The notes beneath the pieces are model-generated. The model searched no databases. It saw nothing but the letters and a program-made list of their open reading frames with translations, and was not told where the DNA came from. A stretch of DNA of 42,574 nucleotides from positions 1-42,574 of the forward strand of contig CAXNAD020000029.1 of NCBI GenBank assembly GCA_964200185.2, written 5' to 3'. This DNA comes from Choristocarpus tenellus KU-1152. Lineage: Eukaryota > Protista > Phaeophyceae. Positions 10,506 through 21,740 of the stretch are shown one piece after another. Position numbers and translations under genes: made by a program. The stretch's first letter is position 1. Every line of letters begins with the position of its first letter.

Positions 10506-13397
10506 CCAGACATTGCTATAATCGTGGAGAGGGATGATCCTTGCAATTATGACAAGAAGTCTGGCTCAGGGATGTACATGATGGAGGTGCAGTGGTGCAC
10601 AGAAAAGTCGACATCTTTGGTCACCAACTCTCTGCGACAGTGCCACACAATGGTGTTTCAAAGATTATTGGGATACTTGCACGAACATGTAACTTGAGAG
10701 ACGGCAAAAGCATTTGACACCACATTAGTGGGCGACTGGAGACCTTGTGTATGGTGCTCCAAGGTGAAGGCTCAATGCCACGAGGTCGTGTAAACGTCCA
10801 AGACCAGGTCAAAGGAAAGGGCTGGGCGCATGTACATTGATCTCACGGGACTGATGACAGTGTCAAGGTCTGGTGGAAACAACTACACCATGATCTTTGT
10901 AGGTGATTACACAAGATTGAGGTTCTTCCAGTTCCTGCACAAGAATAGTGACAAGACAGCAGCACTCAAGAGCTCCATTGCAGACATTGTGATGCTGGCT
11001 GGATTGAAGATCGGCACTATTTGTATAGACAAGACATGATAAACTTCTGTGTCACAACTTCCAATAAGGGCAGCACTTCACCATATGAGACGTGGCACAG
11101 GAAGGCATCCCCAGCAAACATGATGCAATCACTCTGCACTGTGGGGTACATGCGCACTACGACCAGGAAACACAAGGTGGAACTGTGTGGGGTCAAGTGC
11201 ATCATCCTGGGACTGGCACACAACCACCCAAGGGACACATTCAGGGTACAAAATCTTGAGACCGGACAACTTGTGCCTCGCTGAGACATGACCTGGCACC
11301 TGGAGATACCACAACAGAAAGAGACAAGTTTAGAGTAAAGAAGCAAGGGGGGCAACACCCTCGGTGTGTCCTCCATGGGGGGGGATTTTGGCACTGTGAT
11401 TCAACCCTAACTTGGTATCACTCAAAACCAAGGAATCAGGAAAAATCCAAAGACGAACTGCAAGATGAACAAAAGGAGCAGCAGCCAAGACACCAGGAAC
11501 AGAGGGAACTGTGCAATATAGGCTAGGTAGTGTATAGATTCTTTATGTGTTTAGTGAACAGTACCACATAACAGATGTATTGCCTGAATGAAGTAAGGGT
11601 CAAGGACTTGATTCGGTGTGCTTAGAGTAGCAGGTTCGAGTCTAGATGGATTGACTTCTTATTTTGTTCAATATAAGTGGCTGACGTAGTGTGACTGACA
11701 CAGACACATTTCGACGTGTTTGCTGACGTGCGTAATATATTATAATAGAAGGGAGAGCACCCCACCACCAAGGGCTGTGCTCACTCCGCTAATAAAACAT
11801 TCATACAGCATAATGAAAAGACTATTGGAAGGGTTCTCTTTTGCATAGGAACAACCAGGGCAGCAAGAGCAGCAACAACTTTACAGAAGAACATCGTATC
11901 AACTCAAGGAAATAAATAATTATTTTATGGGAGAACGTCCTATCACAACTATATGCACCAGGCGTGGTCACAGCAACAGCAATAGAGCTGGAGGTAGTGG
12001 TGGTTCAGCACTTTGCGGCATCGACGAAGCACCTGAGCATTGTGTTAGCAGTACGGATGGTGGCTAAGTTCTGCAATAACCCGGGAGAAACATGCTTGGA
12101 TGGCTGTTTTGAAGATATTGCAGTACTTGATGCAGACCAAGGACCTGGGGATCACATATGGAGGACTAGAAACTGACAGAGTAAAAATGTCAGAATATGT
12201 GGACTCTGATCATGCTACCTGCCTAGACACCAGGAAATCAGTATCAGGTGGGGCAATTTTACAGAGGCGCTGTGAGAAGCTGGTTTTCGAGAACTTAGGA
12301 GGTGGTTGATGTGGCTACTTCTGAATTGGAGTACGTAGCTCTGGCAGAAGTGCTGAAGGAAGTACTGTTCCTACACCAGGTGCATCATTTTTTCAACCCA
12401 AATCTGGGAGACTAGACCATTCACATAATGGAAGGCCACCAAGGAGCCACCAAACTAGCCAAAAACCGTTCAGTAGCAAGAGGACAATGCACGTTGACGT
12501 AAAGCATCACTTTATTTGAGATACCGTACAAGCAGGAAAGGTCAACATCATCTACCTCAAGACAGAAGAACAGCATGCGGATGTGCTGACCAAGGCGTTA
12601 GATTTGAAGACTTTGAATAGGGGCATTTGGGTATTGATGGGCATCAAGTAAAAGTGGGGTGGAAAACATCTGGGCAGTAATAGGTGTATATGGGGAAAAC
12701 TGAATTAGATGTAACTGGAACCAGTGTGAGAATTCAGTAGCAAGGATCAGGGTAACTGCTAGGAAATGTGAGAAATGTTTATTGGTATGAATTTATTGTT
12801 GAAGTATATTGCTATTAAGTTGCAATATTATCCTAAACCTTCGTTTTTAGTAATTGTACACATCAACAGGGAGGAGTGAATACAGCTTTGGAGAGTAAGC
12901 TCTTCTACAATAAGTGGGTATCCTGGTATTTGATGTTCTACAGACTTGCAGGATTAGATTAGTAGCAGTGACACACGTATGGATTTGTACTTTAGAAGAT
13001 AATGAAAGCACTAGAAAATAGGAGTTTCACATGAAGCGGATACTTTCCAGAAGAAGTGGTTCTAGCTTTCTGGAGAACAGTCAGAACGGCCTTGTTTTTC
13101 TAGACTTGGCATCTGGACAGATCTGGTAAGATTGGGATGTTTTGGGTCTTCTGGAAATAGGGTTGATCTAGATAAGTGTCACTCGGAGTAGAGGTAGAGG
13201 GAACCCTACCAACTCTCTTCCAATCTCTACCAAGCAATACAGTTCTATTGGAGAGAGACTATTGGAGAAGTGGTAGCCATATGGGCATATGAGATAATAA
13301 TAGAAAGACTTAAGCATCAGCAATCTTCTAGGACATGACCGTGACTGTCAGAGTTTACCTCAACTCTCAAAGAAGGAAGCTGTGTCAACATTCAACA
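10506..13397 (+). mobile_element. 5'-truncated, internally deleted Ty1/copia element (element 3)
   Basis: Integrase MYIDLTG...MIFVGDYTR (10830-11039), SH3-like KCIILGLAHNHPRDTFRV, RNase H YVDSDHATCLDTRKSVSG, HVDVKHHFI and ADVLTKAL. Purine tract AGGGAGGAG ends at 12876, followed by a presumed 3' LTR whose end is uncertain. Confidence 0.8.
11510..11847 (+). mobile_element. Solo LTR nested in element 3 (same family as the LTR at 41017)
   Basis: TGTGCAATATAGGCT...CTCTTTTGCATA flanked by 5-bp TSD GGAAC (11505-11509, 11848-11852). Shares start, GTGCTCACTCCGCTA motif and end with 41017-41235. Confidence 0.88.
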
Positions 13398-13812
13398 GAA
13401 TATCCGAACATCTGTGTCACTTTTGAGGGTGTGCTATTCATCATCTGAGGACTCACCTCTTCTCCCGGAGGGACGTATGGACCGTGGAGGCGACAAGGGG
13501 GCTCATTCTGCACCCACTGAAACTGGGGTCATTGCAGCTGGTGCCTGTGCTGCTGCTGGAAGTAGCATTGGAAAGACGTGCTGATGGTCAATGAGTGTTG
13601 AAGTTGATGCTGACCTTGTAAATTGTTGAGAATGGTCCTTAACATCTGCCTCATTGTTATAATTTTCCATTAATGACCCAGATTAGAGACCATCAGTTTG
13701 TTGTAGCCACTGCAGAAAAGGAAGTCATTGCTCCTAGCCTCATGTATCTTAGCCGGTAGGGAAGCCATGTCCATACCTCACAATGTCCTAGCATTTTCAT
13801 CCTTTAACCAGG

Positions 13813-14604
13813 TCAAGGATTATGACCGGCTCTCCCCTTGGAGTCTTTGGACCATGAATCCTGGAAACGGCTCTGTTGACTGATGATGAGACCCACTCTG
13901 TTGACTTTCTGCTGGTCTGAGAGGACTGGCTTAATCCACTGCTTGACGATCTGTTGCATCTTCTTGCGCTTGCATAGATCCCACAAAGAGAATGTAGACC
14001 CCAGCTTTGGATGCCCATTTGTGGATGGATGTAGAGGGTACTGATGGGACATCCCAAATATCCAGAATACTTGTATGGTGGCCACATCACCCCTTACAAC
14101 ATCATGTAAGGTCCATGCATTCACCCTGTGCAATCTGGCTGTCATACTCTTTCAGATGATGGATCACAGTGATTTGGGAAATTCCAAGTCCTAAACGGTG
14201 ACCGTCTCCCATCCTCCAAGGGATCCAAGTCTCACACCCTCTCACCTTGGGGCATCGTATCACCATGTTGTTCTTTGTCGGGGTGGTTGAGTCCTCACCC
14301 TTCACAGACTTCTTAGGTCGAAGAATTGGCTGAACAGGTGATGATGGGTGTCTTTGTCCTGGGCATCCCATTGAACACCCAATTTGACAATTTCGTGAGG
14401 TTTTTGCACCCCATCAAATGTGACTTGGTTGACTTTGCACTGGTGATTCTCCACAGTCATGACAGCCCATCCACCATCTCAAACTTTGTACACCTCCCAA
14501 TCTACATGAAAAATAAGCCCTATGCAGAGGGTTTATCATGTGGGTTGTTCCAGGTCAAGAACAGAGCTTGCAAAAGATAAGTTATTTAATTCCGAATGAA
14601 GGTC
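13813..14604 (-). mobile_element. Truncated Tc1/mariner-superfamily DNA transposon
   Basis: Peptide [24 protein letters not shown] and the upstream DNA align with the element at 34314-36064. TIR-like TTAATTCCGAATGAAGG at ~14586-14602. Catalytic domain absent; left boundary approximate. Confidence 0.75.
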
Positions 14605-14984
14605 TAAACTCAAAATATTCCCAAACGTACATACCTCCTTGTACTATATGCTTCTTAATAAATTGAAAGAGTACTATCTACTATGCACATGGTCCAAATA
14701 TATCACAGAATATTAGAACCTGTCCGGTCGGTGGACATGGATGAGTACATTTTTCCAGTGGAAACATTCCGTACAAGTTGGAGAATCCTAGACTCGATCC
14801 AACCAGCAGATATGGTCTGCACGTGTGCCAGATAATGTTTTGACCCAGTCCAGCTGGGGGTCATGGACCAGGACATTTCAAATAAATTGTGGGACTGCTC
14901 AAGGTGGCAAACAGGACCATCAAGATTTGCTGGGTTAGTCAAAAGTCCTGATTTCAATGGAGACCTCAACAGAAAGGTACATCT

Positions 14985-15045
14985 GTACCCTCCTGTCTGT
15001 TGCTAAACCATAAAAACCCAAGGAAATCTGAATTGTGGTGGGAAG
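14985..15045 (+). repeat. Short dispersed repeat, second copy at ~23186-23253
   Basis: Both copies read GTAC...TCCTGTCTGTTGCT...AAAAA.CAAGG...CTGAA.TT.TGGTGGG. Confidence 0.5.
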
Positions 15046-15828
15046 GCTTAGTTGCAGGCAGGCGAGTGCTGCATATAATTCAACGGAGGAGGATCAGCAG
15101 TGAGCGGAGATAGGACTAAACTCAACATGCAAAGAAAAGTCCAGGAACACACAGAGCAGTGCAATTAGTTGTTGTCCAACAGTTAACAAGAAGTAGTGCA
15201 GTGTATAGTGACTCTGACCTTGGGTTGGGGCTAGGTGGGGTTTACACTTTGTGTAAGTAAAATGACACTTGTGTACCACAATCACCGGTTACATCCTATA
15301 TGCTAGTATTACATTGAAAAGTGAATGATGACATCTGTGTCACAAACCTTCCCCACTTCAACCATCTGAGACCATGTATCAACCCAATACTCTCCTGCCT
15401 CATAATAATGAAGATACGGACATGGGGCACTCCCCTCAGTGAAAATGCTCAACTCCGCTTGTTTCATTGACTTTCTTTCACAGGAAGAAAACATACTTGT
15501 GTGTATGTGTTCAACATATAGCAGAACATGGGAGCTGTAGAGCTGCCAAAGATAAAAGGGTTAGTATTGTACATAAAATTAAAATTATGTTAATCTACAT
15601 TGAAGTGTACATCAAGTGCAAAAATATACGGCACAAGTCCTTCCTACACAAAGACACTTGTATAAACCGCACTTGACAAATCGCAAGCCCAGATATCAAT
15701 GCACACAGGTGTGGAGGACCTCTGAAACACCAGAGTAGGGATTCTATTCAAGTGTCGCAACAGGCTCGACCTCCATTGTCTTCTGACATGCACAGCTCTC
15801 TTTCAATAGTTTGCTTGAACTGGGGTTC

Positions 15829-18717
15829 TCATACCAGTAAAACTGCATTGATGCACCCATCCAATTCTGGTGAATTTGTCACCTGTGCGTATTTTCCCCA
15901 CACTACTTTCCCACTCTGTGTTACAAGACCTAGGTCACTGACATTCACCTCAATAACTGTCCCTTTCGTTATTACTCCCAGCTGTTAAATTGACAAACAA
16001 GAGGGGCACAGGAGTTACAAAATGGTTAACATCTTTTATGACAATGTCATTAGGTTAGGGCTAGCAAGAGAAAATGCACAATATTCAATACCAAAAAAAG
16101 CGGCAATAACCGCATTACCGCATGTTGAGACTTGGGTTCATATTTACTCGTGTACTTGCTAATAAAATTTCAGATGAAACTGAGGCATACTACCTGGAAG
16201 GTATGTGAAGGGGAAGATAGTGAATTACATTACTTGGGAAAATTTGAAAACAATAATAGTACCACTTTTAACCACCAATCACAGAGGCCATGACGACTTT
16301 ACCAAAATCTGTAAGCCTACTCTTGTCACACACCAACCCTAAACAGTGTGCAGTTAGGAAACAAAAAACAATGATCACAACAATGAATGACTTGAATCTG
16401 CCACACCTGTGTGTATAGTGGGGAGCTTGGGTTCTTCTTCACTCCCAGCAAGTCCAGGTGGAAGGTAGCCTTTAGCTCTGGGTGGGTGACATGTGCCTTT
16501 TTAAACCTCAAGCCTGACGGGCGAATGAAGCGCTCATACTTTGGTGCTTTTCGTGTGAAGCCCTCACCCACAAAAGTAACCTGATGGAGAAACAACATGC
16601 AGAAAACGTGAAGTGGTTGTTAGGCAATGGACAGCACCCTCATATAAGGCAATTTCTGTACTGACACCTTATTCAAACACTGAACTCTTTGGTGAAGAAC
16701 ACCTCCATCACAGTGAGAACTGTGTGTAACTGTTAAAATATCAGGACTAATAGAGGATAGCAATGAACAAAAATACAACTTGGCTGGAAAATTAATAGCA
16801 ACATCCACTGGCTTGAGCATAGCTAGGTCTCAATAAATGACACAATAAGGTATGCCCATTGTGTTATGTCCAACCTAAAACAACTCTTGGTAGTCTGATG
16901 CCATAGGATACCACCTACAGTAAATCATGCGCTGGAATTATAAAACCATCCGAAGGAAGCTATCTATAGCTTGCTGGAAATGATAGGCCTTGCCCATCCA
17001 AAAATCTGGTCTTAAACACAAGGGACAGAAGTTAAGGCTCTCTTGGCAAAAATCTACCCCAGAGTGTATGATTTTAATCCCACATTGTTCAATGTCCCTT
17101 CCTCTTGAGAAGACAAGCAACATGTATATGTGTAACTGTAAGGGAGGAATTATCATAGAGGAGAAACCATCTGGTGATGAAAAGTTCCAACTATGTAACA
17201 TGTGTATGTCCTAGGTTCAAATCCCATTCCTCTCTATATTGTCTCTAGATTTTCGATCTTTGACAGTGCAGACTTTAGAGCTCACAGTTCCTGGTCGGTC
17301 CTTGATCAGAAAATTGTTGAAGGGAGAAGCTCCACCTTAACAAATGCTGTGGTACAAAGATGTCAAATTTTACATCTTCTGGTAACTTTCCCACTCTTAG
17401 GCAACTTCTTGACTTGATCAAACCAAGACAACTGAGTCTTCATATTGCTTTCACAAGTGAGCGGGGAAATACATACATGGTGTACGTACTATAGGCCAGA
17501 AAAAGAAAATACCTTAGTGACCATGCGCTTCCAAGCTTTGTTTTTCCGTTTTCCACTCCGCAGCACCTTGAACATCTCATCATCTGCAACAGGTTTGACC
17601 TGCTCATGGAAGGAATAGCGGATAAGTCCTTCCAGTGAATTGGGATAAAATGCTTACAGTTTCCTAGATAATGAGCGCACTAGTCCATACCTTTGGAATT
17701 GGAACATCCCATTTCCCTGCCTTCTCCTTCCGCTTCTGCTTTACAGTGTTGCTCAGTACTTTGGCTCGACTCACTCCCTCTCGATCAAGCAAGTATGCCG
17801 GGATGGCCCCATCCGGTATGGCGTCATCGTTGGCATGCTTATTAGTGCGCTCCTGATGCATAGCAATCCTGCCAGTAAAGTTTATTGACATTTTGTCAAG
17901 TAGAACCGGACAACCTACAATATATTCAATCTACGAAAAAAAGGACCCAAAAAATGCAAGCCAATTTGGCAATGGTCCAGTGGAAACGATCTTCATTCAA
18001 GTTCTCATAAGCGTTAGCATGCAACACTAACACCATTTTCCTAGGTGATCTTTCAGGTTCCAAGGATAAAAAGAGGTACACCGTTCACGAATACAAACAT
18101 TTTTACTCACGTCTTGCGCATTGTGGCCTTCTCCTTGAAACGTCTCTTCTGGTAAAGTTTAGCTCGCAGACCGTGTACTTTCTGCGAAAATTCAGACCGC
18201 TTGTGCACCTCCCTCGCCTCCTTCTTCCGCCTGACAATTTAGGGCATTGCATTCGCTGAAGATTAAAAGAAAGCCGGGTAGGTTGTGTGGGGTGAGACAA
18301 GGATGCGTCATCTTGGTCCCCCCCCACAGAGTGATCACCACACAACAGAGGGAAACGTTAGGCAAACAAGAGCAAAAAAAAATCCAGGTACACCCACAGG
18401 CAGCGAAGCGGTCCAGGTGTTCGACAGTAACTAAGTCCCCGTTATGACTGGGGCAACAAAACAGTTGGGATTGATCAACCAATATTTAGAGTTGCTCAAG
18501 CATAGCATCCATAGGCGAACCTCTTTTCCGCCCTATCCATTCGCTCTCCATGACGCTTTTTGTGAGCTTCCATATATTCATGCTGAGGCTGTGATAGAGA
18601 GCGAATGGAAACAGGGAGGGTAAAGTGTTGAGAAAGAGGGGTCGGTCTATTGGTATTGACGTAACTATTCGAAGACCCGTGTAATATGATGAAATACTGG
18701 TTCATCCCTCGTACCAT
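15829..18717 (-). CDS. NSA2: Ribosome biogenesis protein NSA2 (260 aa)
   Basis: Exons 18717-18715, 18588-18521, 18230-18111, 17868-17691, 17599-17513, 16580-16407, 15981-15829. All introns GT-AG and phase-consistent, 783 nt total. MPQHEYME...[12 protein letters not shown]...[23 protein letters not shown]...[10 protein letters not shown] is the conserved NSA2 sequence. Confidence 0.97.
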
Positions 18718-19048
18718 GATTGCAGAAAGGATGTGATGCCTGCACTTAGGACAGTAGAGATCAGTCCACCTGTCACGTTCTTCTGGGCTTTGTCTTGTCT
18801 TTTCCCCTCCACCAACACCACTAAGTTTATCTTGAAATAGATTTATCTCTTTGTGAGCACTGGCTCTTTTGAAAAGAGAGGTGTGTGATACTTTTGCGTT
18901 TTTCTGGATTTGGTGGGGTAGAGTATATATTGAATTGAGCTGTAGAGTTGGAGAGGTGCAAAGTTGGAGAGGAAGTGCAGCGCTCTACTGAGGTGGAAGT
19001 AGAAAGAGAGGGCCTATTTATCCCTTCCTCCTTTTTTTGGGAGTGAAG
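18718..19048. promoter_or_regulatory. Putative bidirectional promoter/5' UTR region between NSA2 and tsaE
   Basis: 331 bp between divergent start codons; function inferred from geometry only. Confidence 0.55.
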
Positions 19049-21690
19049 ATGATCCTTATGCGTCTGGTTCCTGTTCTCTTAGGGCATCCCTTCCCTCCCA
19101 AACCGACCGCGATGTATTTTCCACCACGCCTACGCCCTCTTTTTTGTAGCTGCGTAAACGTTTTGCATGAGGTTCAACGGCGGAGATCGTACTGGGTAAA
19201 TGAATTTGATGCACGTTGTGCTTGTTCCAATGATGATGCGCAAGTGGAGCAGGGAGACAGGGGGAGACTTAATGGGGTACAAGGTACAAAGGCTATATTC
19301 ACAAAGAATATTGGGTGCTCCGAGGAGATGGAGAAAATTGGTGCCATTCTGGGAGAGGATTCTCAAGAGGGTGACACTATCCTTCTATCTGGGTATGTCG
19401 GCATCGGCGTACTTCTTCAGAGTAAATATTACCACTGCATACATGTCTTGTGAGGCCTGTTAACATCTTTCGTCTCGTTCTTGTCCCTACGCCAGAGACC
19501 TTGGAACCGGCAAGACATGCTTTGCCAGAGGGTTTATTCGTGCGCGGGTTGGTGAACCATCGTTACCTGTCACCTCTCCGTCCTACCTCCTCGACAACAC
19601 CTACAAGACTGAGGGAGGAGACCTCATGTAACACCCCTTGCGTGATGATTCAAGGAATCGAGATATATTTTTTATGGACGTAGATTCCGGTCATGGTGAT
19701 GCACTTTCCTAAATCCGTGTCACTTCTACGTCCCAGGTTGCATCCTTTCAGTATTTACTTTGTGCAATTTAATGTTTGCCAGCCCCTCGCAATGTCTGAA
19801 TGATGGACAAACCAGGTATGGGCACCATTGGAAATGGATACTAAGAGAATCTCTGATGTTTTACGAATCGTATACCTTTGTTTCCGCAGAATTCACCACA
19901 TGGATCTGTACCGTCTTTCTGGTGCATCTGACCTTCACATTCTTGATATTCCAGAGGTACTCCAATCTTCCATTTGTCTCATTGAATGGCCATGTCGACT
20001 GGGAAGTCTCCTACCAGAGACAAGGCTAGGTGAGGGTCTTTTACAACTACTATCCTTGGCCCCTCTCCTCCTTCGTATGCTCTATTTGCAGTTAGTACTA
20101 TGTTCTATTTCGGAGAGGGAGCAAGTGCCTTTTGAGTTTTGTTGCAGGTACCTTTTTGAATTCGAAAGTTTCTCCAACGTAACGTACGTCTTCTAATTTT
20201 CTTTTTTAAAAGATACTGATAAGTGGGGTTAATACATTGTATGGGATTACTTTTTTGAGGGAAGTGAATCTCACTCTCCTCTTCGAATAGTTCCTCCAAG
20301 CTCTGCAGAATTTTTGCATTTAATAGAATGCACAGCACTATAACTGTGTTTCATTTAAACGGCCAATACCTACTGATATTTATATATCTATATATTTATG
20401 TTGAGAGAGATTCTGACTTTGTAATGCACCACATTTACTTTTTGGGAGTTGTAATACTGAGAAAATAAAACATATGAAGAAAACTCCCAAGACAGGTATC
20501 TATGGATGAATGAACCTTATAATTGTACAAACATATCATTATTGAGAGAACAAGTGCTTTCAACTAAGGTTTCAGTATTTTGCAGCACTCCACGTTTTGG
20601 AGCATCTGTAATTGTGAAGACACAGGTATACTGCTACTACTTTGGATTTAAGACGATTCCTTGTAGTCAGGAAGACAAACATGTGCCCAATTTTTTCATG
20701 TACCTATCATTATGCAATGTTGTCTGATGACAACTAGTGCAGAATCGCTTGCTGTTCACCTTATTTGTGCACACTGAGAGTCTTGATTGATCCAGTTGAC
20801 TGAGGCTCAAAAGTGCTTCTTTATGCTTTTTGAACCTTTCATCCATTGGAATACTTTTGGTTTGACAGTTTGCTTATGAATCTAGCCCTAAGACTATTGT
20901 GATGATGAGCCAACCAAGTAAGGGATGCATGTCTTCTGTGTTTTCCATGTAATGTCACCGATGCAGAGTGCTAAGTTAAGGATCTCTCATCAAACCACTT
21001 TACAACCCCTCCCAAGTGCAAGGCAATATTTTTGTATTGGAAGTATAATCTCACACAGATTGCTTTTCTTCCTACTGCATATGCTTAGCCAGGGAGTTCC
21101 ACATAGTTGAAGCACGGGATGCAAGGGAAAAAAGTATGTGTTGCAAGAAGGTACCCCAATCATAGTCAAAGCACTCCCTTCTAATATTCATACATTTTTT
21201 CAGGATTGCACCCCCTATACAGTAATAGTGATGGTGATGCCATTATCTACTGAAGTCTGTAGTTTTGAATTCTTCCCTTTTTTCATGGGTGGATAATATT
21301 GTACCATTGCTGCACCCTAAAACTTAAGATTGTATCTAACCACTCAGCTACACAAGATGGCGCTGTGTTGTTTAGCGAAGTGGATAGATACACTCCTGAG
21401 TTTTTAGGGTACAGCAAGGTACGATTCTCTGGAGTAGTTCACATACAAACTTGATTGGTGCAATTATTTGATGGGTTGGATTCACATTGTTGAAGTAACC
21501 ACTACAAACAGACGGCAAGACTCTTTTTTTAGCAATCAAACTGCCTCATTCTTGTCTGCTGGCAGATGTCAACTTCGTTGCTGTGGGTGAGGACAAAAGG
21601 AATGTCACATTTACAGGATATGGAGAATGGTGGGCAGGAGCAGTTATGGATTTGCGTTACAAAGAGGACAGGTACTCATCAAGTTTCTGA
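19049..21690 (+). CDS. tsaE: TsaE/YjeE-family P-loop ATPase (tRNA t6A biosynthesis), probably organelle-targeted, 246 aa
   Basis: Exons 19049-19392, 19496-19627, 19890-20029, 21566-21690, phase-consistent, 741 nt. Motifs ILLSGDLGTGKTCFARGF, VTSPSYLL, HMDLYRL and LIEWP are TsaE signatures. About 80-aa N-terminal extension. Start codon and last exon are less certain. Confidence 0.9.
21301..21422. repeat. About 122-bp imperfect palindrome (MITE-like) in tsaE intron 3
   Basis: GTACCATTGCTGCACCCTAAAACTTAAGATTGTATCTAACCACT pairs with AGTGGATAGATACACTCCTGAGTTTTTAGGGTACAGCAAGGTAC; inner GCTACACAA/TTGTTTAGC also pair. Confidence 0.75.
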
Positions 21691-21740
21691 TTCATGGAAG
21701 CTCAAGGAGGTCAACAGCAATATCTGGAGTTTGTAGGTAC

